Source: Burkholderiales bacterium
GTDB taxonomy: Bacteria; Pseudomonadota; Gammaproteobacteria; Burkholderiales; Burkholderiaceae_D
Length of the DNA: 64,000 bases
Assembly: GCA_043748965.1 (NCBI GenBank)
Contig: JAYVEF010000206.1
Coordinates: 630 to 64,629, forward strand
Direction: 5' to 3'
Shown: positions 1 to 9,166 of the stretch, piece by piece
Position numbering within the stretch: the first letter of the stretch is position 1
Layout of the letters: every line of letters begins with the position of its first letter
Position numbers and translations under genes: made by a program
The notes under the pieces: model-generated
The model's database searches: none
What the model saw: only the letters and a program-made list of their open reading frames with translations
What the model was told of the DNA's origin: nothing

Positions 1-2
1 GC

Positions 3-692
3 GAAGCGAGCACTGGTAGCAAACTGTATACGATTGGTACTGGCTTTAGTGGCACCATGTCCTCCGTCAAGGGAGGCATGAAGTCGGCACAGCGTTCCGT
101 CAACACGATCGGCGTCAACAAGTCGTCCGATGGTGGTGTCGCCGAGTGCACGGCCGGCGGCAGTGATAGCGTCAAGGCGTTTAGCGTGACGGTGCCAGCC
201 GGTGCTCTCGCCGCGCGCTTCGCACTGTACGACGCCGACACGACCGGTTATGCCGCTGGCGCCTTCGACGATCTCGATCTGCTGGTGTTGAATGGCGCAG
301 GCCAGACCGTCGGTACCAGTGGTGGCCCGACCGCCACCGAGCAGGTTCAGTTGAATAATCCGGTGGCCGATACGTATCAGGTCTGCGTGATTGGATACGC
401 CCCGCACAACGGCAGTGCGACGTACACGTTGTCGACCTGGGTCGTCACGCCAGCCGATGTCGGTGGTAACTTCAAGGCCATGCTGCCAGGTACCGCGTAT
501 CTGGGTGGTACGGCGACTGTCGGAATGAGTTGGTCCGGCCTGGCACCGGACACTCGTTATCTGGGTGCTCTGCGCTATGTTGTCGGCGGCGTGCCGCAAA
601 GTACGACATCGATCCTGATCGAAACCACCGATCCGGTGCCGGCCCCTAGTACGCCGCGTACTGCATCGGCGCCGAACGCGACGCCGCTGTAA
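3..692 (+). CDS. C-terminal part of a secreted S8 (subtilisin-like) serine peptidase with a PPC-like domain (5' truncated by window)
   Basis: Frame is open from the window start (EASTGSKLYTIGTGFSGTM...). PPC-like segment DLDLLVLNGAGQTVGTSGGPTATEQVQLNNPVADTYQVCVIGY and the WSGL..RYLG tail are typical of large S8 protease C-termini. The catalytic domain lies outside the window. Confidence 0.65.
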   Translation, partial: EASTGSKLYTIGTGFSGTMSSVKGGMKSAQRSVNTIGVNKSSDGGVAECTAGGSDSVKAFSVTVPAGALAARFALYDADTTGYAAGAFDDLDLLVLNGAGQTVGTSGGPTATEQVQLNNPVADTYQVCVIGYAPHNGSATYTLSTWVVTPADVGGNFKAMLPGTAYLGGTATVGMSWSGLAPDTRYLGALRYVVGGVPQSTTSILIETTDPVPAPSTPRTASAPNATPL

Positions 693-732
693 ACGTTGTC
701 TTCCCGGTGCGACGTGTTCGCATCGGGAAATC

Positions 733-769
733 AAAAAAGGCTGCGAGCGAAAGCGCGCAGCCTTTTTTT
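733..769. terminator. Bidirectional rho-independent terminator
   Basis: AAAAAAGGCTGCG-AGCGAAAGCG-CGCAGCCTTTTTTT: GC stem flanked by A and T tracts, between convergent genes. Confidence 0.85.
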
Positions 770-784
770 ATGTACGTCTGCGCT

Positions 785-1219
785 TCAGCGTGGATCGGCA
801 GTCGCCCCCGCAGGTCCGGTCTGCAACACGCAATGGCCGGTCGGATTGCACATCGCGCCCGGTGCCAGTGCCATGCTGCAGGTCGAAATTTCTCCGTTGG
901 CTGCAATCTGCGCGCGACGCTCGGCATGATAGCGATCGGCCAGTGGTTGCAGAATCGTGGCAGAGGTGGTTGTACTGGACCATGGCAGATACAGCTCCGG
1001 CCCGCCGCATGCTTTGGCGCCAACCGCCATGCTGTGGCATTGGGCGCTGGTGGTGCAATCGGCCGTGCCGATCGTGGTGCGAATTTTCTGAATCGTGCTT
1101 TCCGGGTCCGCGGCTGAAACTGCCGCGGTAACGGGTACTGCGGCAATGGTGCAGCCTTGCGAAACCAGCAGGGCAACAAGTGTCAAAATCAAATCAGGCA
1201 GGCGCATTGATAGCTCCAT
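785..1219 (-). CDS. Cys-rich hypothetical lipoprotein (GAKACGGP motif)
   Basis: Hydrophobic N-terminus ending in VSQGC (lipobox-like); six further Cys. Start may be 1207. Confidence 0.7.
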   Translation of the reverse strand: MELSMRLPDLILTLVALLVSQGCTIAAVPVTAAVSAADPESTIQKIRTTIGTADCTTSAQCHSMAVGAKACGGPELYLPWSSTTTSATILQPLADRYHAERRAQIAANGEISTCSMALAPGAMCNPTGHCVLQTGPAGATADPR

Positions 1220-1400
1220 GAGATCGGTCGGGCATCAGCCCCGGGCCCACCAGTATAGGCGATGCCCTCGCGTGTTGCCACGATGCGTCGGTCGGCCGTA
1301 GAAAACTTTCTACCCGCTGATACCGGTCACAATCAGCGCGGCCAGCAGCCTGCTCGCCTCGGATAGCGCGGCGTCCTGCAAGAAATAACGTGGATGCACA

Positions 1401-2120
1401 TTATTTCTCTTCGATCACAGCGAGTCGGCCATCGGTCACGAATCGGTCACCACCGCCGTTGCGGCCATCGTGCAATGGCTGAAAGTCTTCGATCCATTTG
1501 AATGCCAGACCGCTACCGCGTTGCAAATCGCCCACCAGTTTGTCGTGCTCACGGTCGACGTCGGAGGCAATGTGATGCGTCACCTGACCCGTGGTTCGAC
1601 TGAAACCGACACTCGCGTCAAACGTCGCTGCGCCAATCCACATGGGGCGGTTCAGTGAATCCAGAGTAGCGGCCTGCCAGAACCGTACGTGGTGGCGCTT
1701 CGACGGGTTGCCGCCTTCCGCCTGTTCGAACGCCAGCTGCTGCCGTGCGCCGTTCACAAACAGATCGCTGACGGGAGCGTCCGGATAAGGCTTGCGCAGC
1801 AGGCTGGCGCGTGCAATGTGTAACGAACTGCGCAGAGTAGTGGGATCGGCCGGATACCAGCCCGCTGCAAGAATTTGACGCTGCAAGGTTGCTTCGGCGC
1901 CGACGAAAGCAACATTCAGCGGATCGCCCGGTATCCCTGCCGCCGTGTACGCCCGCGTACTGACCGCATCAAGCGCAGGGTGCCGCCGTTCAACCAGCTG
2001 CCATGCCATCGGTACGAACTCGTAAGCGGTCGCGACATAGCTGCCGATGATCAGCACGGCCGCGATGGCACTGGCCAGCGCCAGATGCTCGAGCCGAAAC
2101 GCGAAACCGGTTTCAGGCAT
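1401..2120 (-). CDS. LssY C-terminal domain protein
   Basis: Motifs GDPLNVAFVG, AGWYPADP, YPDAPVSDL, RHHVRFW, WIGAATFD, THHIASDVDRE, NGGGDRFVTDG; N-terminal TM. ATG at 2120 overlaps the MFS stop. Confidence 0.8.
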   Translation of the reverse strand: MPETGFAFRLEHLALASAIAAVLIIGSYVATAYEFVPMAWQLVERRHPALDAVSTRAYTAAGIPGDPLNVAFVGAEATLQRQILAAGWYPADPTTLRSSLHIARASLLRKPYPDAPVSDLFVNGARQQLAFEQAEGGNPSKRHHVRFWQAATLDSLNRPMWIGAATFDASVGFSRTTGQVTHHIASDVDREHDKLVGDLQRGSGLAFKWIEDFQPLHDGRNGGGDRFVTDGRLAVIEEK

Positions 2121-3372
2121 TGGACGCAATCGCCATTGAATCGCCACGCTCCCGGCGGAAATGCAGTATCGCCAGCCCGAGCGCGATCGCCTGCAAGGCC
2201 GCGCAAAGGTAGAACGGCGCACCGATGCGCCAGTCGCCGCGCGGTAAGTGCGATACCAGCCCCAGCAACGGCGCGCCAATCACCGGCGCAATCACTGCCA
2301 TCAGGCTGTTCAGAGAGCTCACTGCGCCGAGCGTCTTGCCCTGACTGCGCGCGTCGGCGGCGCCCGAGATAATGCTTTGCATCGCGGCGTTGGCAGCAGC
2401 GCCGAAAATATTGATGAAGATGATCGCGTACATCATCCAGCCGTCCGTCGCCAGACCCCAGCAGGCATACGCCAGTGTCGATGAAATCAAGCCCAGCACG
2501 GCCAGCCGGCGGGCACTGAATCGCTTCAGCATCGGTCCCAACAAAAAGCCCTGCACCAGCGCCGACGTCACGCCGACCGCGGCCAGCGACCAGCCGTTCT
2601 GTAGTGGTCCCCAACCGAATTTGAACGTCGTGTACAACACCCACGAGGTGTACAGTACAAATTGGGCCAGACCGGTACACGCGATCACGGCCACCAGCGG
2701 CCCGACCTGTTTCAGCTGTGCCAGTCCGCGCAGCGCAGTAATTGGATTCGCCTTGCGCCAGTCGAAGGGATGGCGATTTTCGGGCAGGAGTGATTCAGGC
2801 AGGACAAAGTAGCCGTAAGCCAGATTCACCATCGTCAGCGACCCTGCCACAATAAAAGGCAGTTGCAGACTGATCGCGCCCAATAGCCCGCCCATCACCG
2901 GGCCGACGATAAAGCCAAGTCCGAACATCGCGCCCAGCATGCCAAAGCGCTTGGCGCGATCGTCTGGCGCAGTGATGTCGGCAACATACGCGTTCGCCAC
3001 CGCCTGATTGGCCTGCATCGCGCCGCCGACCAGCCGGATCGCGATCAGCATCCACAGTGCAGTTGCCAGAGCGGTAACAAAAAAATTAATTCCGAGGCCG
3101 CAAAAACCGAGCAGAAGTACCGGCCGCCGGCCGTACCGGTCGGACAGTGCTCCCAGAATTGGCGAGCCAAAAAAGTTCGCGATTCCGAACGCAAACGCGA
3201 CTGCCCCATACCAGAATGCCTGGCTTGCCTGCGACTGCGTGAAGCTACCCACCAGTACTGGCAGGACGGGAATGATCAGACCGATCGATATCATGTCGAT
3301 TAATACCGTCAGCATGATGAAGCGCATGGCGGCGGGCCGAGTGGCAACGATGGGCGAAGAAAGCGGTGGCAC
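2113..3372 (-). CDS. MFS transporter, TetA/TCR (DHA1) family
   Basis: Motif A GALSDRYGRRPVLL, antiporter motif GFIVGPVMGG, LPES, about 12 TMs. GTG start at 3372 follows an AGGA SD. Confidence 0.9.
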   Translation of the reverse strand: MPPLSSPIVATRPAAMRFIMLTVLIDMISIGLIIPVLPVLVGSFTQSQASQAFWYGAVAFAFGIANFFGSPILGALSDRYGRRPVLLLGFCGLGINFFVTALATALWMLIAIRLVGGAMQANQAVANAYVADITAPDDRAKRFGMLGAMFGLGFIVGPVMGGLLGAISLQLPFIVAGSLTMVNLAYGYFVLPESLLPENRHPFDWRKANPITALRGLAQLKQVGPLVAVIACTGLAQFVLYTSWVLYTTFKFGWGPLQNGWSLAAVGVTSALVQGFLLGPMLKRFSARRLAVLGLISSTLAYACWGLATDGWMMYAIIFINIFGAAANAAMQSIISGAADARSQGKTLGAVSSLNSLMAVIAPVIGAPLLGLVSHLPRGDWRIGAPFYLCAALQAIALGLAILHFRRERGDSMAIASNA

Positions 3373-3458
3373 GGGGTTCCTGTTGCGGTCGGAATTCGGT
3401 CGGAAAAACTGCCTCCTCGACAGTATAGCCGGTCGGAATCTGCGACAATTGCGCCACC

Positions 3459-4292
3459 ATGCAACCAACTTCAGACCCACACCAGGCGCGCACCGATGCG
3501 CTGTTTCATATCGCCTTTTATCAGTTCGTCCGACTCGACGATGTCGATCAGGTCGTGTTGGACCTGCGCACACTGTCGGCCGGTTTGTTAGGCAGTGTGC
3601 TGGTCGCACCAGAAGGTATCAATGGCGTGTTGGCAGGAACTGCCGATGCGCTGGATGCATTTCAGCAGGCGCTGCAGCGCGACCGGCGCTTTGGGCAGAT
3701 CGCGTTCAAGCGCAGCGCTTGCGTCACCGCGCCGTTCGGGCGTATCAGAGTGCATAAAAAATCTGAAATCGTCTACATGGGCGTGGACAATATCGATGCC
3801 GTACGCAAGACCGGTGTCGCGGTCAGTCCGCAACAATGGCGCGCTCTGATCGCCGCCGACGATGTGGTGGTGATCGATAACCGTAATAGTTTTGAATACC
3901 GGCTCGGTCGTTTCAACCATGCGGTCGATCCGCAGGTCGCCAATTTTCGGGATTTTCCACGCTATATCGAGGCCAACGCACCGGCCTGGAAAGCCGCCGG
4001 CAAGCGAGTCGCGCTGTATTGTACCGGCGGGATTCGCTGCGAAAAGACCAGCGCCTGGATGGATGACATGGGTATTCCCGTGTACCAGCTCGACGGTGGC
4101 ATCCTGAATTATTTTCTCAGCATGCCGGATGCCGAAAAGGACTGGCAGGGTGAGTGCTTCGTGTTCGATAATCGGATCGCACTAGACACCAGACTGCAGG
4201 AAACCGCCACCACGCTGGACGAGGTGTACGAGGCCGAACCCGATGGTGCCTGGCGGCTCGAACGGGCGCGGCGGCTGGATCAATCGCGCTAA
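3459..4292 (+). CDS. trhO: Rhodanese-domain protein, TrhO/YceA family (tRNA U34 hydroxylase-like)
   Basis: FYQF, EGING, IDNRNSFEYRLGRF, YCTGGIRCEK, LDGGILNY, GECFVFDNR motifs. Confidence 0.8.
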   Translation: MQPTSDPHQARTDALFHIAFYQFVRLDDVDQVVLDLRTLSAGLLGSVLVAPEGINGVLAGTADALDAFQQALQRDRRFGQIAFKRSACVTAPFGRIRVHKKSEIVYMGVDNIDAVRKTGVAVSPQQWRALIAADDVVVIDNRNSFEYRLGRFNHAVDPQVANFRDFPRYIEANAPAWKAAGKRVALYCTGGIRCEKTSAWMDDMGIPVYQLDGGILNYFLSMPDAEKDWQGECFVFDNRIALDTRLQETATTLDEVYEAEPDGAWRLERARRLDQSR

Positions 4293-5209
4293 TGGCAGCG
4301 CCGCGCAACGATTTTGTCGCACCCACTCGTGACGGTGTCGGCGCGAGCTGTATCGTGCTGCCCGCAGGCGACTTTAAATTCTTGATTGACTTTCTGGCGC
4401 AGCAGTTTCCAGCGATCGGGCGTACGGCGTGGCACCTCCGGATGGTGCATGGCGATGTGCTGGACGCCAGTGGCGTAGCGCTCGGGCCGGATACCCGGTA
4501 TCAAACGCAGACCAAGATATTTTATTACCGCAGCCTGCCCTTCGAAGCGCCGATTCCCTTCGAGGCGACGATTGTGTTTCAGGACGATTATTTGATCGTC
4601 GCCGACAAGCCGCATTTTTTGCCGGTGATTCCTGCCGGGCGCTACTTGCAGCAAACTTTGCTAGTGCGCCTGAAGCGCCAACTCGGAATCGACACATTGG
4701 CACCCGTCCATCGCATCGATCGCGAAACTGCCGGGCTGGTGCTGTTTACAATCGCGCCAAAGACGCGGGCTGCCTATCAGGCTTTATTTCGCGAGCGTCG
4801 TGTGGTCAAGCACTACGAAGCGATTGCGTGTCATGCCCCGGCCTTGCGATTCCCGCTAGTACTACGCAATCGGCTGGAAGACGCCGAGTCGTTCATGCAA
4901 ATGCGCGTCGTCGACGGCATGCCCAACGCAGAAACCACCGTCAATGTGCTGGCGCTGCAAGGTGACATGGCGCGTTATGGTTTGCGGCCGAGTACCGGAC
5001 AGCGGCACCAGTTGCGGGTCCAGATGGCCGCGCTCGGGCTGCCGATCCTGCACGATAAAATTTATCCGCAGCTGCTGCCGGAAGCTGCCATCGATGCGGC
5101 CCCCGATTACAGCAAGCCGCTGCAACTACTGGCCAAATCGCTGGAATTTGTCGACCCGGTCAGCGGCCGGCTGCGCCGCTTCGAGAGCCGCCTGCAGCTC
5201 GAGTTCTGA
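4292..5209 (+). CDS. RluA-family pseudouridine synthase
   Basis: DKPHFLPV, catalytic HRIDRETAG, TGQRHQLRV, GLPILHD; TAATG overlap with upstream gene. Confidence 0.9.
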   Translation: MAAPRNDFVAPTRDGVGASCIVLPAGDFKFLIDFLAQQFPAIGRTAWHLRMVHGDVLDASGVALGPDTRYQTQTKIFYYRSLPFEAPIPFEATIVFQDDYLIVADKPHFLPVIPAGRYLQQTLLVRLKRQLGIDTLAPVHRIDRETAGLVLFTIAPKTRAAYQALFRERRVVKHYEAIACHAPALRFPLVLRNRLEDAESFMQMRVVDGMPNAETTVNVLALQGDMARYGLRPSTGQRHQLRVQMAALGLPILHDKIYPQLLPEAAIDAAPDYSKPLQLLAKSLEFVDPVSGRLRRFESRLQLEF

Positions 5210-5266
5210 GGCAGGAGGGTGCCGCAAGATTGGCAACATCGCCGCACCTGTGAAATATTTTTATAT

Positions 5267-5327
5267 ATCGTATAATTACGATCTTAGATTCGGACTAAGG
5301 CAATATATAGTTCGTTGATATACGAAC
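5267..5327. promoter_or_regulatory. Two palindromic operators (WTCGT-N6-ACGAW) upstream of the ArsR gene
   Basis: ATCGTATAATTACGAT (5267-5282, containing TATAAT) and GTTCGTTGATATACGAAC (5310-5327). Confidence 0.6.
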
Positions 5328-5341
5328 CACGGAGCTGCACC

Positions 5342-5659
5342 ATGCTAAAGAAGCTGCCGTTGATTGATGTCGATGCGATTCATAAAGCGCTGGCCAATCC
5401 GGTCCGGCGTGACATCCTGATGTGGCTGAAAACACCGCTCACGTATTTTCAGATGCAGCATCATCCACTCGCCATCGGTGTCTGTGCCGGCCTGATCGAC
5501 CAGCGCACCGGGCTGTCGCAATCGACCGTGTCTGCCCATCTCGCGACGCTTGAAAAAGCCGGATTGATTACGCAGCAGCGGCTCGGCCAGTGGAAGTTTT
5601 TCAGGCGCGATGAAATCGTGATTCAGGCGTTTCTCGATCAGATGCATCACGGTCTCTAG
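5342..5659 (+). CDS. ArsR/SmtB family transcriptional regulator
   Basis: KALANPVRRDIL, HTH GLSQSTVSAHLATLEKAGLI, wing RLGQWKFFRR; GGAG SD before ATG 5342. Confidence 0.9.
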   Translation: MLKKLPLIDVDAIHKALANPVRRDILMWLKTPLTYFQMQHHPLAIGVCAGLIDQRTGLSQSTVSAHLATLEKAGLITQQRLGQWKFFRRDEIVIQAFLDQMHHGL

Positions 5660-5696
5660 TAGCCGCATGGCGGCCTAAATTTTTTGAAAGTACACG

Positions 5697-6755
5697 ATGA
5701 CAACATTATTCGACCCCATCCGTATCGGTGATATCGATCTGCCCAACCGCGTCATCATGGCGCCCTTGACCCGCGCCCGCGCGCCCGGCGAAGGCCGCGT
5801 ACCGAACGCGTTAATGGCGCATTATTATGTCCAGCGCGCCTCGGCGGGCTTGATCATCAGTGAGGCGACCGCCGTCACGCCACAAGGCGTTGGCTACGCC
5901 GATACGCCAGGCATCTGGTCCGACGAACAAGTGGTCGGCTGGCACGGCGTGACCGACGCGGTACATGCTGCCGGCGGGCGCATGGTGCTGCAGTTATGGC
6001 ATGTCGGTCGCATCTCGGACCCGAGCTTTTTGCACGGCGCCGCACCAGTTGCACCAAGCGCGATTGCCGCCAAAGGCCACGTTAGTCTGCTGCGCCCGGA
6101 ACGTGATTATCCGGTGCCGCGCGCACTCGAGATCAGCGAGATTGCGGGCGTCGTTGCGGCATTTCGCAAGGGTGCCGAAAACGCTAAGGCGGCCGGTTTC
6201 GATGGTGTTGAAATCCATGGCGCCAACGGCTATCTGCTCGACCAGTTCCTGCAGGACAGCAGCAACCACCGCACCGATAATTATGGCGGATCGATTGAAA
6301 ACCGGGCGCGTCTGATGCTGGAGATTACCGACGCATGCATCGCCATTTGGGGCGCCGGCCGGGTTGGCATGCATCTGGCACCGCGCGCCGATTCCCACGA
6401 TATCGGTGACTCTGACCGCGCCGCGACCTTTGGCTATGTCGCCACCGAACTTGGCAAGCGGGGTATCGCATTCATCTGCGCGCGTGAAGCGGTCGGTCCT
6501 GACAGTCTCGGCCCGCAACTGAAAAAGGCCTTCGGCGGTATTTATATCGCGAACGAAAAAATCACCGCTGCGAGTGCCCAGCAAATGCTCGATGCCGGTA
6601 CGGCCGATGCCTTTGCATTCGGCAAGCTGTTTATCGCCAATCCAGATCTGCCGCGACGTCTGCAGCGCGGCACGGAATTAAACGAGCCGCAGCCGCAAAC
6701 GTTTTACCGTCCGGGCGAGGCTGGATACACAGATTATCCGGCGCTGGCGGCGTAA
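5697..6755 (+). CDS. Old Yellow Enzyme family alkene reductase (NemA-like)
   Basis: MAPLTRAR, QLWHVGRIS, EIHGANGYLLDQF, NPDLP, GYTDYP. Confidence 0.95.
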   Translation: MTTLFDPIRIGDIDLPNRVIMAPLTRARAPGEGRVPNALMAHYYVQRASAGLIISEATAVTPQGVGYADTPGIWSDEQVVGWHGVTDAVHAAGGRMVLQLWHVGRISDPSFLHGAAPVAPSAIAAKGHVSLLRPERDYPVPRALEISEIAGVVAAFRKGAENAKAAGFDGVEIHGANGYLLDQFLQDSSNHRTDNYGGSIENRARLMLEITDACIAIWGAGRVGMHLAPRADSHDIGDSDRAATFGYVATELGKRGIAFICAREAVGPDSLGPQLKKAFGGIYIANEKITAASAQQMLDAGTADAFAFGKLFIANPDLPRRLQRGTELNEPQPQTFYRPGEAGYTDYPALAA

Positions 6756-6829
6756 GGCGCGGGAGAGGTTACAAACCGATTTCAATCGGATACCCTAGTG
6801 TCCTGTTCTCAACACCTGGAGCGTCTGCA

Positions 6830-7474
6830 ATGCCGCTTGACGTCGCGCAGCTGTTTCATTCAATCCTGCACATTGATCAGCTGATCGCTGGCGCCAGCTC
6901 AGGTCAGGGTGCGGCGATTTACCTTGCGCTGTTCGCAATTATTTTTTGCGAGATGGCGTTTGTCCCGCTGTTCTTTCTGCCGGGTGATCCGCTGCTGTTT
7001 GTCTGTGGCGCGTTTTGTGCAGCAGGGGTGCTGAACATCTGGTGGCTACTGCCGTTACTGCTAGTCGCGACAATCCTCGGCAGTAGCATCAATTACGCCA
7101 TTGGCCGCGCGGTCGGCGAACGTCTGGCCGAGCGCACGCACCGCTGGCTGAACCCGACCGCGCTGGCCCGCACGCGGCAGTTCTATCACGCCCGCGGACG
7201 TCAGACCTTTCTGGTGTCACCTTACATCGCAGTAGTACGTACCTTTGCACCGTTCGTTGCGGGCGTATCGGGTATGGTGTTCAGGGAGTTCATTGTGGCG
7301 GTTTTCGGCGGCGCGTTCCTGTGGGTGGTCGGGCTGCTAATGGCGGGCTACTATTTCGGTAACGTGCCTTGGGTACGCGCACATGTCGGCGCGATTACCG
7401 TGGTCGGACTGGCGCTCGCACTGTGCGTGCTTGCAGTCGGTCATCTGGTCAAACTGTTGCGGGCCAAGGTCTGA
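6830..7474 (+). CDS. DedA/VTT family membrane protein
   Basis: IIFCE...FFLPGDPLLF, NYAIGR, VRTFAPFVAG, GYYFG. Confidence 0.9.
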   Translation: MPLDVAQLFHSILHIDQLIAGASSGQGAAIYLALFAIIFCEMAFVPLFFLPGDPLLFVCGAFCAAGVLNIWWLLPLLLVATILGSSINYAIGRAVGERLAERTHRWLNPTALARTRQFYHARGRQTFLVSPYIAVVRTFAPFVAGVSGMVFREFIVAVFGGAFLWVVGLLMAGYYFGNVPWVRAHVGAITVVGLALALCVLAVGHLVKLLRAKV

Positions 7475-7475
7475 C

Positions 7476-9131
7476 ATGACGCTTACGTACGCGGTATCCG
7501 TAACCACCCAATCGACCGCAGCGATGCGCCTTGTGGATGGCGCGGGTTGGTTGTCGCGACAGGTACGCGGCCTCGTCACGGCGGTCTGGCTAGGCGTGCT
7601 ATCGACCGGCTGCGGCACCCTGCCGGCGCTCAGCCGCAGCGATGCCTTCGTCGGCAATGCGATCGCGCTTTCGCCTACCAGCACGCTGGGCCGCATCGCA
7701 AGCACCTCATTGCCATCGCCGGAACTTTCCGGCTTCAGACTCATGCCGCTCGGGACGTTTTCGCTCGACACCCGGCTGCAACTGGCACGCCGCGCCGAAG
7801 TATCTCTGGACGTGCAGTACTACCATCTGGCGAACGATGAAACCGGTCGCCTGCTGTTGCGGGCTCTACGCGACGCCGCCAATCGTGGCGTGCGCGTGCG
7901 GCTATTTCTGGACGATCTGTACACCGGTGGGGAGGACTGGCTGTTGCTGGGTCTGGCAGCGGCGCCGAATGTCGAAGTACGACTGTTCAACCCGTTTTGC
8001 TGCGCGCGCGATTACGGTCAGACGCTGCGCTTTGCGGCCGCTACCGGGGATTGGTCGCGGGTCAATCACCGCATGCACAACAAGTTGTTTGTCGCCGATG
8101 GTGCGATGGTAGTAATCGGTGGTCGCAACATCGCCAACGAATATTACCTGCGCAGCATGGGCGATAATTTTGTCGATGTCGATGCGTTTGCGGTCGGCTT
8201 TATCGTGCCGCCTTTGCAGGCGCTGTTTGATCGTTACTGGAACAGTGCAGCTTCCTGGCCGCTGTCTGCGGTTGCCAGATCATCCCAAACACCGGCACAA
8301 CTGCGTGCGCGTTTCGACGCCGCTACCGATGCCGTTCATGCGCCAGCACCGGCCCGACTCGCGACCAATGACATTCTCGGCTATGGCCCGATTGCAGATG
8401 ATCTCGACGCCGGTCGGCTCGGTTTGATCTGGGGCAGCGCCTACGTGTTTGCCGACCACCCGGACAAACCGTTCGAAGGGGTGTCCGGTGGCGACTTGCT
8501 TGAAACCAGCGTGACGTATAACGTTTTTGAGGCGATGCGCATGGCACAGACCGAAGTGGTTGCGTCGTCGCCATATTTTGTGCCCGGCGAAGCCGGCATG
8601 ACGCTGCTTCGCGAACTTCGTCGGCGCAACGTGAAGATCACCGTGCTGACCAATTCGCTCGGTGCTACCGATGAATTCATCGTGCACGTCGGCTACAGCC
8701 GCTATCGCAAAGAAATGTTGCGGCTCGGGATCGATTTGTATGAAATCTCCGGCAAGCGCCTGATGGCGAACCCGCACCCCTTTTTGTTCGGCAAATCGCT
8801 GGGTCGGCTGCATGCCAAACTGGTCGTGATCGATCGTCGGATCTCGTTCATCGGTTCCATGAATCTGGATCCGCGTTCGGCCACGGTGAACACCGAAATC
8901 GGGGCGATTATCGATAGTCCGGAGTTGGCGCGTGAGCTGATTCGCATCATCGATATCGACCGCCTGCAAAGTGCCTATCGGGTCCGGCTATCGGCCAGCA
9001 CCGGGCAACTTGAATGGCTCGGAATCGACGGTGAGAACGAAGTAATTCAGCACAACGAACCGGATACTACCCCGTGGTTGCGCTTCAAGGCGTGGTTGCT
9101 GGGACCACTGATTCCCGATGAACTGTTGTAA
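7476..9131 (+). CDS. Phospholipase D family lipoprotein (ClsC/YmdC-like)
   Basis: Two HKD motifs (HRMHNKLFVAD...GGRN; LHAKLVVID...GSMNLDPRS); lipobox-like LSTGC. Start uncertain (7476 or 7524). Confidence 0.9.
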   Translation: MTLTYAVSVTTQSTAAMRLVDGAGWLSRQVRGLVTAVWLGVLSTGCGTLPALSRSDAFVGNAIALSPTSTLGRIASTSLPSPELSGFRLMPLGTFSLDTRLQLARRAEVSLDVQYYHLANDETGRLLLRALRDAANRGVRVRLFLDDLYTGGEDWLLLGLAAAPNVEVRLFNPFCCARDYGQTLRFAAATGDWSRVNHRMHNKLFVADGAMVVIGGRNIANEYYLRSMGDNFVDVDAFAVGFIVPPLQALFDRYWNSAASWPLSAVARSSQTPAQLRARFDAATDAVHAPAPARLATNDILGYGPIADDLDAGRLGLIWGSAYVFADHPDKPFEGVSGGDLLETSVTYNVFEAMRMAQTEVVASSPYFVPGEAGMTLLRELRRRNVKITVLTNSLGATDEFIVHVGYSRYRKEMLRLGIDLYEISGKRLMANPHPFLFGKSLGRLHAKLVVIDRRISFIGSMNLDPRSATVNTEIGAIIDSPELARELIRIIDIDRLQSAYRVRLSASTGQLEWLGIDGENEVIQHNEPDTTPWLRFKAWLLGPLIPDELL

Positions 9132-9166
9132 GCTAATCGGTCCAATATCGTGTGAGGAAAGCAGCA

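Noticed and set aside
2121-2279. N-terminal extension of the LssY_C ORF
   Set aside because: Lies within the MFS coding sequence; the coupled ATG at 2120 is more plausible.
3373-3609. N-terminal extension of the MFS ORF
   Set aside because: Overlaps the divergent trhO-like gene; better SD and start at 3372.
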